NCBI RefSeq assembly: GCF_001194135.2
Contig: NC_068989.1
Coordinates: forward strand, 65,394,313 to 65,458,312
Origin: Octopus bimaculoides
Lineage: Eukaryota
Direction of reading: 5' to 3'
Length of the DNA: 64,000 nt
Shown: one piece after another, positions 28,461 through 40,392 of the stretch
Numbering within the stretch: position 1 is the stretch's first letter
Layout of the letters: each line of letters opens with the position of its first letter
Notes under the pieces: generated by a model
The model's input: only the letters and a program-made list of their open reading frames with translations
Told to the model about the DNA's origin: nothing
Databases searched by the model: none
Program-made: the position numbers and the translations under genes

Positions 28461-28765
28461 TAAGTGGCAATATACTACACTTTATCGTGCAGTTACTGTT
28501 AATACTTCATTTAGAGAATTAACATTGCTTGTTTTCACCTTTTCGATATCAGTGAAGAATTTCACTGGAAAAGTAGATATAAGATTGCCAAGATTTTGTC
28601 TCTCTCATCAAAGATCAGTGGCTATCGAACGCCGACGAAGGGAAATAACCCTGAAACCCGGGTCCGTTCGTGCTACAGATCATGATGGGAGGGATAACTT
28701 CCCTTGGCAAACAGGACACAGTAGTGTGTCGATAAGTGGCAATATACTACACTTTATCGTGCAGT
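28461..28765 (+). mobile_element. Retrozyme-like or Penelope pLTR-like ~272-nt repeat unit (one full unit plus the start of a second, cut by an N gap)
   Basis: The 33-mer taagtggcaatatactacactttatcgtgcagt occurs at 28461-28493 and 28733-28765 (period 272). The unit contains the hammerhead and several hairpins and has no coding signal. Confidence 0.65.
28618..28676 (+). ncRNA. Minimal type I hammerhead ribozyme with a CCGACGA core variant
   Basis: Stem I is cgaacg (28626-28631) with cgttcg (28665-28670), extended by gtggc/gctac. Core CCGACGA 28632-28638. Stem II is aggg-aaataa-ccct (28639-28652), then GAAA 28653-28656. Stem III is a C-G pair closing the palindromic loop CCGG. Cleavage triplet GUC at 28662-28664. 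Confidence 0.8.
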
Positions 28766-29469
28766 NNNNNNNNNNNNNNNNNNNNNNNNNNNNNNNNNNN
28801 NNNNNNNNNNNNNNNNNNNNNNNNNNNNNNNNNNNNNNNNNNNNNNNNNNNNNNNNNNNNNNNNNNNNNNNNNNNNNNNNNNNNNNNNNNNNNNNNNNNN
28901 NNNNNNNNNNNNNNNNNNNNNNNNNNNNNNNNNNNNNNNNNNNNNNNNNNNNNNNNNNNNNNNNNNNNNNNNNNNNNNNNNNNNNNNNNNNNNNNNNNNN
29001 NNNNNNNNNNNNNNNNNNNNNNNNNNNNNNNNNNNNNNNNNNNNNNNNNNNNNNNNNNNNNNNNNNNNNNNNNNNNNNNNNNNNNNNNNNNNNNNNNNNN
29101 NNNNNNNNNNNNNNNNNNNNNNNNNNNNNNNNNNNNNNNNNNNNNNNNNNNNNNNNNNNNNNNNNNNNNNNNNNNNNNNNNNNNNNNNNNNNNNNNNNNN
29201 NNNNNNNNNNNNNNNNNNNNNNNNNNNNNNNNNNNNNNNNNNNNNNNNNNNNNNNNNNNNNNNNNNNNNNNNNNNNNNNNNNNNNNNNNNNNNNNNNNNN
29301 NNNNNNNNNNNNNNNNNNNNNNNNNNNNNNNNNNNNNNNNNNNNNNNNNNNNNNNNNNNNNNNNNNNNNNNNNNNNNNNNNNNNNNNNNNNNNNNNNNNN
29401 NNNNNNNNNNNNNNNNNNNNNNNNATATATATATATATATACTCATCTGAAAGGATGCACTGAAGCATT

Positions 29470-29880
29470 GATATGCAGTGCTCAAGAGCAGTTCTGAAAA
29501 CTAATTACACCAAGTTCTAAATAGATAAGAGTAGCGAATCGCCACTTTGTAGGAGGTGTGGATGCAGAAATGAAGCAATCTCACATATTGTGAGTGAGTC
29601 TAGCAAGATGGCCCAAAAGCACTACAAAAGGATGCACGATAAGGTGGTTAAATTCGTCCACTAGAGACTATGAACAGAGCACGGAAATAGTACGAACATG
29701 AACCAAAAGGAGACACCGAGAACAAGGAACATAAGATACTGTGAGATTTTACAATCCATTGTGACTCCCCAATCAAGGCCCGGATACCAGATAATGTTAG
29801 ATATAGAAATGCCTGGAGATGCATGTATAAGGGACAAAGAACTAGAAAAGACTGAAAAGCACAGACTACTAAAAGACGAT
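29470..29880 (+). mobile_element. R4/Dong-like non-LTR retrotransposon C-terminal fragment, degenerate
   Basis: CRRCGCRNEAISHIVSESSKMAQKHYKRMHDKVVKFVH* ... KYEHEPKGDTENKEHKIL*DF ... LDIEMPGDACIRDKELEKTEKH, i.e. CCHC plus RLE region. CRRC lies at 29548-29559. Confidence 0.75.
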
Positions 29881-30850
29881 TCTTTAAAGCATGTCACTTG
29901 TTATAAAGATCAATATTTTTTCCATCTGTGATATACACACCATATCACATTCATTCTTCCTTCTCCGAAAATATAGAACAATAAAATCAAGCGAGAAGTT
30001 ATATATTTTCAATAGTCAATTAGTGTTGATCGCATTTAAGCTAGTGAAATAGCAACTATTCATATTGCAATTCTGAACACGATTGAAATATTTCTGAAAA
30101 CTTTTATGACGGATAAAATATCAGCCGCTTCAGCAGTCATTCCAGATTCTCTGCTAAAACCTCTATTGGCATTTTGTTTTGTCAACTCACAGTTACCATT
30201 TTCTTTCTAATTCTTTGTTCCTCCAATGAACTGCATTATAAGACCAGTTCCTTATTAATTACAACCGCTCGCTGTGTTTTCTATCAAGTAGCCGCATCTT
30301 GCATTGTCAAAGTTACATTACATGAGTGAAAATCTTCATGTTCTTGACTTGCCAATCCACACATGCAAGTGATTCTATTGTGTATTTTCTAATACATTTT
30401 ACACGTGTATATCGTCTACTTTAATAAACCTATAAGACGCTCTTTCTGCAAGAACATACAAGATGCATTCGATAAGTTTTGACCCTTTTGGGGGCGGAGG
30501 TAGTTATAACTACCCTAAATAATTGTAATATTAGAATATCATTATTATGCAACTAATAAGCTAACCTTTCAGATTTTGAAGAGGATGGCTGTAACAGCAC
30601 TTTGAACATAGCACTTTGTAACAGCACTTTGAACACAGCGTTGTCGCATTCTGTGATCCGCTGAATCTCCTTGCGGATGCTCAGCCACTCGTACGAGCAG
30701 GCGATTCCGTTGGCGGGATCAACTAGAACACTCGTCGTTATAACCGATGGAGTGCCAGTTGTTTTTGTAATATGTATGTACGTATGTATGTATGTATGTA
30801 TGTACGTACCTATGTATGTATACATCTATACTTACATACCCCCCCACCAC

Positions 30851-30881
<31 letters not shown>

Positions 30882-31078
30882 ATTTATGTGTTATGTCTCG
30901 AGAAACAATATTCCACGAAAGAGTTTTTTCACGTTATATCAGAAGTTTGTAAAATTCAGATGACGTGAAGGAAATAGACGCAGTAGTGGCTGTATGGTAA
31001 GAAGTTTGCTTCTCGACTACATGGCTTCGAGTTCAGTTCACCTAGGGCAACTGTCTTCTACTGTAATCTCAAGCTGAC

Positions 31079-31574
31079 CACAAGATAGTACACAACATTG
31101 CTAGAAATAAGAGCCCAAACAACTCAAGGACCACAGTAAATCGCTTATACACGCTGGTGAATTCGACGAAACGAGTATATAAAAAGAAGTGAAAATCGTA
31201 AATGAGTTGCAGACGTTCATATATCACGTGATTTCAAACCTTGTCCCCATCAGTAAGTACTTCTGCGTAGGACTAAATATACTCGTGTCACCATGTGTAT
31301 ATTCACTATTTTGAATTTACCGCTACGTGTCTATAGTCAATACACACATGGTAACACGAATATATTTAGCCCTAGGCAGTAATACTCACTGACGTGGACT
31401 AAGTGTTTATCACGTGATATGAGTACGTCTGCAACTCATTTGCGATTTTCACTCGCTATCGGTAAGTTGGCTTTTTAAATACACGTTTCGTCGAATTCAC
31501 CAGCGTAAGTGATTTACCGTGAGACTTGAGCCGTTTGGATTCCTATTTCTAGCAATGTTGTGTACTACCTTGTG
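31079..31574. repeat. ~500-bp near-palindromic fold-back element
   Basis: For example gctggtgaattcgacgaaacg pairs with cgtttcgtcgaattcaccagc, and aatgagttgcagacgt with acgtctgcaactcatt. Arms exceed 200 bp with a short loop. Confidence 0.85.
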
Positions 31575-31700
31575 CACTGATTATAATTTGAAAATTTTAC
31601 TTTCTAGGTTATTATATGCTTGCTAGCCACTTATATTACTATTTATATTTATAATAATATCTTTGTATATATATATCCTAACATATAATAGACAAGTAAA

Positions 31701-32151
31701 TGTGGCATGGTATACAGGACAGTGCTACTAACGTTTATAGCCCCAGGAAGACATTCACTCCAGCTGGCTAACGACACGCATTCTGTGTCCGATTAGTATT
31801 TGCCTGTGATTAACACACGCTGCTGTTTATATCCCGCTCAGAGAATAAATATAGCTTATTTCTCCGTTTTCGAGATCAGCGACAGCGTGTCGCTGTGAAA
31901 AGCATATAGTATTTTGCGAGAGGAATGAGTTTTCATCACTAGCTTGTGATTAACACACGCTGAGGATGGGTAACCACTCAGAAACTCGAGTCCATGTGTA
32001 TTACGTAAGGCTAGAGATGGGAGCGATGACCTCACCACGCAAATACTAATCTGGCTAATGACACACAGAATGTGTGTCGTTAACCAGATGAGAGAGATGT
32101 CTTCCTGGGCGCTATAAACGTCAGCAGCTCTGTCCTGCATAGGACGCCACA
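31701..32151. repeat. Fold-back element, family A, second copy
   Basis: Inverted arms are homologous to 13311-13699 (tagccccaggaagacat, acacgcattctgtgtcc..tagtatttgc). An internal 18-bp direct repeat lies at 31805-31822 and 31945-31962. Confidence 0.8.
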
Positions 32152-32341
32152 CCTGGTTAGCAATTGTATATTACGATTCCGTACCGTAACTATGCATATA
32201 TATGCAAACTAGAAAGAAGAAAAAGAAGAAATTGACATAGACATCAGTTTATTCAAAGATATTCAAATCAATATATGAACACTGGTAAAAACCGGAGAAC
32301 TAGGATGCAAACACCCTTTAAAGGATTGTAGGTACTTGGCA

Positions 32342-32419
<78 letters not shown>

Positions 32420-33859
32420 TGTGTGTGTGTCTGTGTGTATGAATATGTGCGCGCGCACGAGTGTGTGTATGTGCGTGTGTATGTGTGTGTGCGTGCGTGT
32501 GTGTATGTGTGTGTGTGAATGCGTGTATGTGTGTGTGTGTGTGTGTGTATGTGCGTGCGTGCGCGTGCGTGTTGTGTGTGCGTGTGATTAGATTTCTGTT
32601 TGTATAATCTGGATTGAATTGTTTCCATAAATTTAGAAATCTATTTTATATTTTATTTTTAATTCGTATATTTAATTTTTAATGATGAACACTAAATTCC
32701 TGTGTTTCTATAAAATCAACTCGTTAATTCATTGTAGTGAAATACCGTATTTAGTTTCAAATTTTATGATCGAAATCTAAATTTGAAAAATGTTGTAAAA
32801 TGATATTTTTGAACTCTTATCACATGAAAAACTGTTTGAATTTTAAATTGGGCCAAGCTATCATACATGATGAAATGTGAAGATTTTACAGAAATAATTG
32901 ATTGCAAACATTAGAGTGAATCATCAAAGGTCATGTCAGGCTATAAATTAATTTATCACATCAAACGTTATATATATATATATATATATATATACATGGA
33001 AGTTTTAATTCAATTATTTGATAATTTAGTGTTCATTTGATGGCCATTAGAGATCATTTAAAATTTATATAAAACTTTACTCAGTAAATATTTTAATTTT
33101 CGATAGTTGTGAAATATTTTTACTGGTTTATCGCAAAGTTTATGAAAACAGAATTTGATATTGTGTTAACTCATTCTTAACTAAGTGTTATTAAAACCAA
33201 TATTTCAAAATTTGAAAGGTTTTTCACTGGTTTATTATTACGGTTGCGTGTATGTTATATGTTTACATCCTATTTATCACATATTTGCTTTATGATTTCA
33301 AGTACACGACCAGCCATTGCTGCTTACACTGCTCTCTGCAGTCATTACTCTATCTCTCTTTATACCTTCTTTTATTTCTATAGCTCTTCAGGACAGAAAA
33401 CCCTGAAGTGGTTTTAACAGCCACATGCTTAACGTCTGGAGCATGTATTTCACACCACATATCTAATTGTTTGCGGTTCTAATGACTCTAGAATGGTCTA
33501 CTGATTTTCAGTGGTTATTAGGAGACAAACCCATATTGATTCTGTTATGTCTCAAGCTACTGTTGTCTAGCACCTTCGGATGATCTCTACTCAACCGCTA
33601 ACCGACCGCTACTCAACAGTCACTCAACTTCTCTACCACGGCTAGACTACCTCTATTTATATGTCTTGGGCTATCCTACTTCTTCGCTTGGGGCGTCGAC
33701 ACAACAGATTCATTTTGACCACATAGCATTCTTCATCAACCAAGGCCTCAACTTCGTCATCCCAATTTGCTCTATAAAGATGAAAATATATTGAGTGTGA
33801 ATGTCACTGCTAATGGCCTTGGTAGTTATCCTTGCATTGCGCTGATCTATCTGTAGCCG

Positions 33860-34030
33860 TTAGCCTCCGTTCTTTACATCGAAAACAAGACAGACACTTT
33901 TATAAGCCCTAATTTATGCAACGAAGGACACAACATCCCACGTGTTGAGTAAGATTTCCTTTAGGTGGTCTTTTGATGGCGCATGAAAGCTTCTCCACTT
34001 TTACCGAAGCACAGTTGTGTCAATTTTCTC
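33860..34030 (-). mobile_element. Tc1/mariner transposase C-terminal remnant
   Basis: Minus strand gives HAPSKDHLKEILLNTW..IRAYKSVCLVFDVKNGG*, resembling Tc1/mariner C-termini. Confidence 0.4.
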
Positions 34031-34852
34031 TTTCTAGCACATACAAAGAATGTTTCTTACATAGTAAGAAATACTGATTCATACACACCACTGTCGCACT
34101 TCCTTCTTTTGCAAGATTTTATGTGAAAAACTTTGAGTGTGTCTAGGCGTGTCGGACAAACTATTTTCATTGGTATTTACAATTTTACTCGGTAAAATAT
34201 GTGACGATGCCTCAGTGTGTATGCGTGCGCGTGCATGAGAGAGAGAGTATATGTGTGTGAGTGTGGGCATGTGTATGTACGTGTGATAATTTTCGTTCTG
34301 TTGTTAAAATTGTCGCAATAAATGTTTCCTTTGCATTAAAAACTTTTATGATTAGTTATAAAATATTTTTGCCTATTTTTCTTTCCTTCTTACGCTTTAT
34401 TTTTGTTTAGCGCTCATAAAAAATATGTTAGTTCTGGTTCCAAATTATTGGGCGTCCAGCCTGTATAAGAAAGCTATTTTGCTTCTTTACGAATGAAAAA
34501 GAAAATATTTTCTTCTCAAAATTGCAGACACTTTTTTGCCCGCAAAAAGCAAACTAAGACAAACAATTAATTAATTATCTTTCTATGAAAAACTTCCGCA
34601 TGAAAGAAAGCACATTTCCAATTAATTTCACTCGATAGATTCTTGAGATGAGGGAGGGACACGTAACACGTCAAATTGCGACGAACACAATAGCAGACAC
34701 AACATCAACATCGATAGCACCACCGCCGCCACCGCCGCCGCCGCCACCGCCACCACCATCAGCGACAACAACAACAATATTAACCATTTCTACAACGGCA
34801 CAATACCTCAAATTTTGCGGGAGGGAATCTATATATATATATATATATATGT

Positions 34853-34896
<44 letters not shown>

Positions 34897-35039
34897 GTTT
34901 TGTTGTGTGTGTACATATATTTGTATATGTATATATATAAATATATACACACACAAATATATATATACATACATATAAATGTGCGTGTTTGTATGTATGC
35001 ATGTACATGTGTATGTACAAAAGAAAGGAATAGAAAAAC

Positions 35040-36350
35040 ACTCGCCTCTACATGTGTGAGATTTCGGCGTTTAGGTAGCCAAAGATTTCGACTACACCTT
35101 CTTCTGGTATTTCCGAAAATGTCTATGAGAATCTCTGGCACACCAAGCTCTCCTTGCTCTGTATATCGACAACAGACTAACCTTTACAACAGAAACTAAA
35201 AAAATAGATGTTAAAATCTTCACAGCTGAAAATGGAACAGGTAGAAATAAATGGCTAACGTGACGGATTCATTTGTTACCCCAGCTGTTCTTTCAGAAAT
35301 ATCTTTTCTCCGTGAAATTTGACGTCATGCCTTCATCCTCGTCGCAACTCCTAATCCACCTCGGTGTCGTATCAGAACTAGGACTCCTTCCCATCCGCTT
35401 TACACGATAATTGGTGTAGAGCAGTGCCCTGAAACCGGTATGTTGAGGCACACTGGTACACCACGAAGCAATGCTAAGTGTGCCGCAGTTTAACCTGGAT
35501 ATAATTTTTTTCCCCATTCCTTTAGGTATACCTTTAAGTCAGGCGTGCCGCCGAATTCTGAAAAGAATATAAGTGTACCGCAAGTGAAAAAACGTTGCGA
35601 AGCAGTGGTCTAGAGACCCGTAACGCTTATGTCATAAGCCCACCCCTTTATATACCGACATGCAAGTCCAACCAAGTGTCCTGATCGATGTATGCTGTAG
35701 GTACTACTTCGCTTACCCCTATTAGAGTGTTGATTTCCTCAAATTTCTATGTACCAGACACTATTACAGTAATATCGTCCGCTTATACCAGCAAGGTATT
35801 CCCGCATCTTCATATAAGTAGTTGCCCCTCGATACTTTCAGATTTTGCAGTTTTGGTTCAACAACGCAAAACTACAAAACCGGTGAGAGAGGATACCATT
35901 TTATGGCCCGAGCTTGTGATTCAAAACGGGATTCATATATTTTGTTTACGAAGCAGATGTCACTGTACACCCAGATTTAAATACGTAACTGAAACCAGCT
36001 GAAGTAAGAACTGCATTCAAATAACGGTGGTTAACCCTGTCAAAAGCTTTGCAGGGATCTAATTCATCGGGGCCCTATCAAAGTTAGAATTAACCACACG
36101 TCTGTGGATAGTTGCTGAGTGTTGCATATGACTGCGCGCTCCTTTACAACATTATCAACGAGGAAACCAAAACCCTTACAAGAACAATAGTGAAGGTCTT
36201 CGATACAGTGTTTGTGAGCCAAAAGTAACCAATGCTATTCCTCATGTCCTTGTTCTTCCACAGCAACGCTAGTACCTTTGTCTGACAAAGCTGAGAATGT
36301 TCCGAGGATGATGCGACTAACTATACACTTATATAGGCGAATAGGATTCG
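35040..36350 (-). mobile_element. Tx1/L1-clade LINE reverse transcriptase fragment, degenerate
   Basis: Minus strand gives KAFDRVNHRYLNAVLTSAGF (KAFD 36039-36050), V*ADDITVIVS (35774-35785) and the downstream CCRYTEQGELGVP motif near 35130-35175. Confidence 0.75.
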
Positions 36351-36511
36351 CATGAACCTTATAAGGTTCTATGAATGTAATGCAATGTAATGAATGTAAT
36401 GTAATGTAATGAAAGTATCGACGGGCAACTACTTATATGAAGATGCAGGAATACCTTGCTGGTATAAGCGGACGATATTACTGTAATAGTGTCTGGTACA
36501 TAGAAATTTGA
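35739..36511. repeat. 102-bp inverted repeat pair (35739-35840 and 36410-36511)
   Basis: The two arms are reverse complements with two mismatches by eye. Confidence 0.9.
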
Positions 36512-36987
36512 TGTAATGTAATGTAATGTATGAATGCATGCAATTATATACATTACTTTGTTTCACGCTAAGGCCATCGTCAGGCAAGAAAATTTACACC
36601 GCGGATTAGTAGTGTATTTATATCATTAAATGTGCGGTCAGTAGTGTGAAGATCGAGTCACGAACAGAACCATTACTCTCAGTTTCATTACAAATCATAT
36701 CCCCTACAACATGTATTGAGTACTCCTTTCTCATTCGTTTGACATAACTCGATATATGTGTGTGTACCTAAGTGTGTGTGTGTGTTTATGTGAGTGTGTA
36801 TGTGCGTGTTTGTGTGTATGTGTATGAGTGTGTATGTTTTGTGTATGTGTATGTGTGCGTGTGTGTACATATACATGTTTATACACACACACATACACAC
36901 ACACACACATATATATGTCTGTATGTATATGCATTTGTACACACACATACACATATACGTGCGTGTATTTATGTGTATACGTATACG

Positions 36988-37018
<31 letters not shown>

Positions 37019-38299
37019 NNNNNNNNNNNNNNNNNNNNNNNNNNNNNNNNNNNNNNNNNNNNNNNNNNNNNNNNNNNNNNNNNNNNNNNNNNNNNNNNNN
37101 NNNNNNNNNNNNNNNNNNNNNNNNNNNNNNNNNNNNNNNNNNNNNNNNNNNNNNNNNNNNNNNNNNNNNNNNNNNNNNNNNNNNNNNNNNNNNNNNNNNN
37201 NNNNNNNNNNNNNNNNNNNNNNNNNNNNNNNNNNNNNNNNNNNNNNNNNNNNNNNNNNNNNNNNNNNNNNNNNNNNNNNNNNNNNNNNNNNNNNNNNNNN
37301 NNNNNNNNNNNNNNNNNNNNNNNNNNNNNNNNTTTACAAAACATTGTAGTATCACGGATGTTCATGATGAAGGGGAACTGTTTATGAAACAAGATATTTT
37401 CCCAAACAACCATTGCTGGATCAAATATCTAAACAAATTCTCCAGCGCCAACATACATGGTGTCCGTATATTTGCGGAAAATCTAAAATCTCTCACTAAT
37501 AAAAATATATTCTTTGGGATGACAGGGTATATTTCTTTTTTTTTTATTTTCCTTCAAAAGAAAAAAAAAAAAAACTTTTAATCAGCAGCTACGATGCAGT
37601 GTCATGTGATTCAGGAATTTAGAAATACAATTTTCTTCGGTATTATATGGAATTAGAAATTATATTCCTTTTAAAAAAATCTGCTGTATCCTTGTATTAT
37701 CTTAGTTTCGTGATTAAATCTATCTAAACATGTTACTCACGTTTGGTTATGTTTTAGTTCTTTATAATAGACATTTGTTTTATTTAATTTAATCGAACAC
37801 CTGACACAATATGAGTGTTTCTACCTCACTCGAGCTATGCATGGCATGTAACTCTATTTTCTAATATAGCCATCTTAATCATTTTTATCATTCTCCTGGC
37901 AAAGACATCTCACTACCGTCTTAGTTAACTCAGAAATGCAATTATCGTTAAGGCTTAGTATTTATTAAAATTAAAACTACCGATACTTTTTCAAAGCGTT
38001 TAAAACTCACTGCATTTTTGCTTGGCAAAAGATTTCCCGGAATCAAATGTATTTATGGCATGATTTGTTGTCAACCACTGTGAATTTTTCTCTTTTAAAT
38101 GCTTTAGTAGTGACTTGATATTCTCTCTTATCAATTCTTTGAAAATGGTTGAAGTCATAAAAAATATAATCATTGAATGAGTATGTTGTTTTATGGTGTC
38201 ACAGTTATAAGTCTGATGGGGCTTTGTTCGCTGATGACGTTACATTAACCTGCATTTCGGTTGCAGATTTAGCTTTACTGATAATCACGTCACCTACCG

Positions 38300-38307
38300 C
38301 ACGCACG

Positions 38308-38404
<97 letters not shown>
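38300..38404. repeat. (CA)n microsatellite
   Basis: Long CA run. Confidence 0.95.
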
Positions 38405-38405
<1 letters not shown>

Positions 38406-39402
38406 AAAAACGAATGCTGTACTGCTTCTTGTTATCATTCACCTTACTGCTGTTGATACAGCAACACGATTGCAATTACTAATGATATGCCGCTGTTCAT
38501 GTGCTGTGTTTGGCTATCTCTTTATACTTCCTATATCTGATATAGCTCGCGGTTAGATGGCAGAAATGGTGAAAAGGCAGACAGTAAATTAAATGCCTTG
38601 TAATATATATTTTGATCTCATTACATTCTGAGAGAAAAACCCGCAGGAATCTTGTTTATCTTAGATCCATTTGGGCTGAGTAGAGAATGATTCAATTCTT
38701 CCCAACAAGAAAGAGATTTTTATCTCACTATAGAAGCTTTACGTAATACATTTACTAGGATTTCGTCTGAGTAATATGGACCTATCACTGAGAAAACATT
38801 GCTATTTATTGTTATTTTTAAGGTGAGGAGCTGGCAAAATCGTTAAAGCGTATTTGTTCCTGCTCTGAGTTCGAATCCCACCGAAGTTGACTTCATTATT
38901 CTTTCTTTCTTTTGGGGTCGATAAAAATACTATTCAGGTTCATGGATCATTATAATCGACTTGCTACCTTCACAGGAGTTGCCTTCTCCGTTGCAAATTT
39001 AGAATTGTCATTGTTATTATTATTACTATTACCATCATCATGATCATCATCGTCATTATTATTAATGTTATTCACTTTTAATCTGCATGTTTGTTGCAAA
39101 CACTTGTCGAGACACACCCAGTGTCTTAGGCGATTGAAGGATACGAAATATTACAGTGTGACTGAAAGCTTGGGGAGGGAAAGTGACAGGGGAAGTAGAG
39201 AAATATCTTCATTTAATACAACACAAACATTTAAATTGACAAGGCTTTGCTAAAGATGTGGGCAGTACTTGTCAGCACAATCTTTTGGATTTCTCTGAGA
39301 CATGGTTCTCCTGGGATGTTATCTAGATGTTTGTGGCATCCCTTTTTTTGTCATCATCATCATCATCATTATTATTATTGTTGTTGTTGTTGTTGTTATC
39401 AA

Positions 39403-39624
39403 GGCGGCGACTTGGCAGAGTCGTTAGCACGCCGGGCAAAATGTTTATCAGTATTTCTTTCTTTTTTTAGAGTGAGTTTAAATTCATCCGAGGTTGACTT
39501 TGCCTTTCATCATTTTGTGGTCGTTAAAATAGTTACAATAAGTACTAGATAAGTATTGCGACTGATGCAATCAACTTACACGTCTCGAAATTGCTGGCCT
39601 TGTGCCCAAAAATTTCAAATCATG

Positions 39625-39683
<59 letters not shown>

Positions 39684-39830
39684 TACCTGAGTTCAAATTC
39701 CGTTGAGGTCGATTTTGCGTTTCATGCTTTCGAGGTCGATTAATTAAGTACCAGTGAAACAGTGGAGTCGAGGTAATTGACTTGTCCCCTCCACCGAAAT
39801 TTCAGGCCTTGTGCCTTTAGTAGAAAGGAT
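39403..39830 (+). mobile_element. SINE family 3 copies around an (ATT)n tract
   Basis: aggcggcgacttggcagagtcgttagcacgccgggc...gagttcaaattccg..gaggtcgac/ttttgcctttcatc...ggccttgtgcc. Confidence 0.8.
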
Positions 39831-39849
39831 TATTATTATTATAATTATA

Positions 39850-39900
<51 letters not shown>
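39624..39900. repeat. (ATT)n microsatellites
   Basis: Visible ATT runs at ~39624-39682 and ~39830-39900. Confidence 0.9.
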
Positions 39901-39902
<2 letters not shown>

Positions 39903-40359
39903 TTCCCTCAATAAACATTATAACTACTAAAGTTAATATTGATAATCTTAATAATATTACTTAACGGGTAAAATGTATTGTGGTAATTAGTTATATCTCA
40001 TTAATTCTGAATTCAAATCCCGCAAGGATCCATATAATCTTTCATCATGGCGGTATCACATAAAATAAAGTACCACTCAATAACTGGAATTTATTCAAAT
40101 CCCTTTGTTTTCCTTCTCTATATAATGTTTCCATACGTTTGAAATGACTTTAGCTATAGTAAATATTCCCAATGGTATTCAACATACGTTCATTCACAGA
40201 ATGAGTTCAAATACCACTCGATTCGACTTAGGTTTTCATGCATCCCGAGTTGTACTCTTACATTTTTCAGCCTGAACTTGTGATCATAGTAGAGCACCGT
40301 TTTGAGCGTGATTATTATTTCCTTTTATTTTATTATGATCTCTCTCTCTCTCTCTTTCA

Positions 40360-40392
<33 letters not shown>

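Noticed and set aside
28461-28765. Direct repeats as a CRISPR array
   Set aside because: Eukaryotic context, only two copies 272 nt apart, and no cas genes.
31153-31180. CTGGTGA-attcgac-GAAAC in the palindrome arms
   Set aside because: Altered core, no stem II and no stem I pairing.
34648-35199. 183-aa ORF with poly-Pro
   Set aside because: Built from CCG/CCA, TA and TG microsatellites plus the antisense of a LINE fragment.
36555-36590. Minus-strand CTGACGA...GAAAC-aaa-GTA
   Set aside because: Core boxes are present but stems I and II do not pair; at most a decayed remnant.
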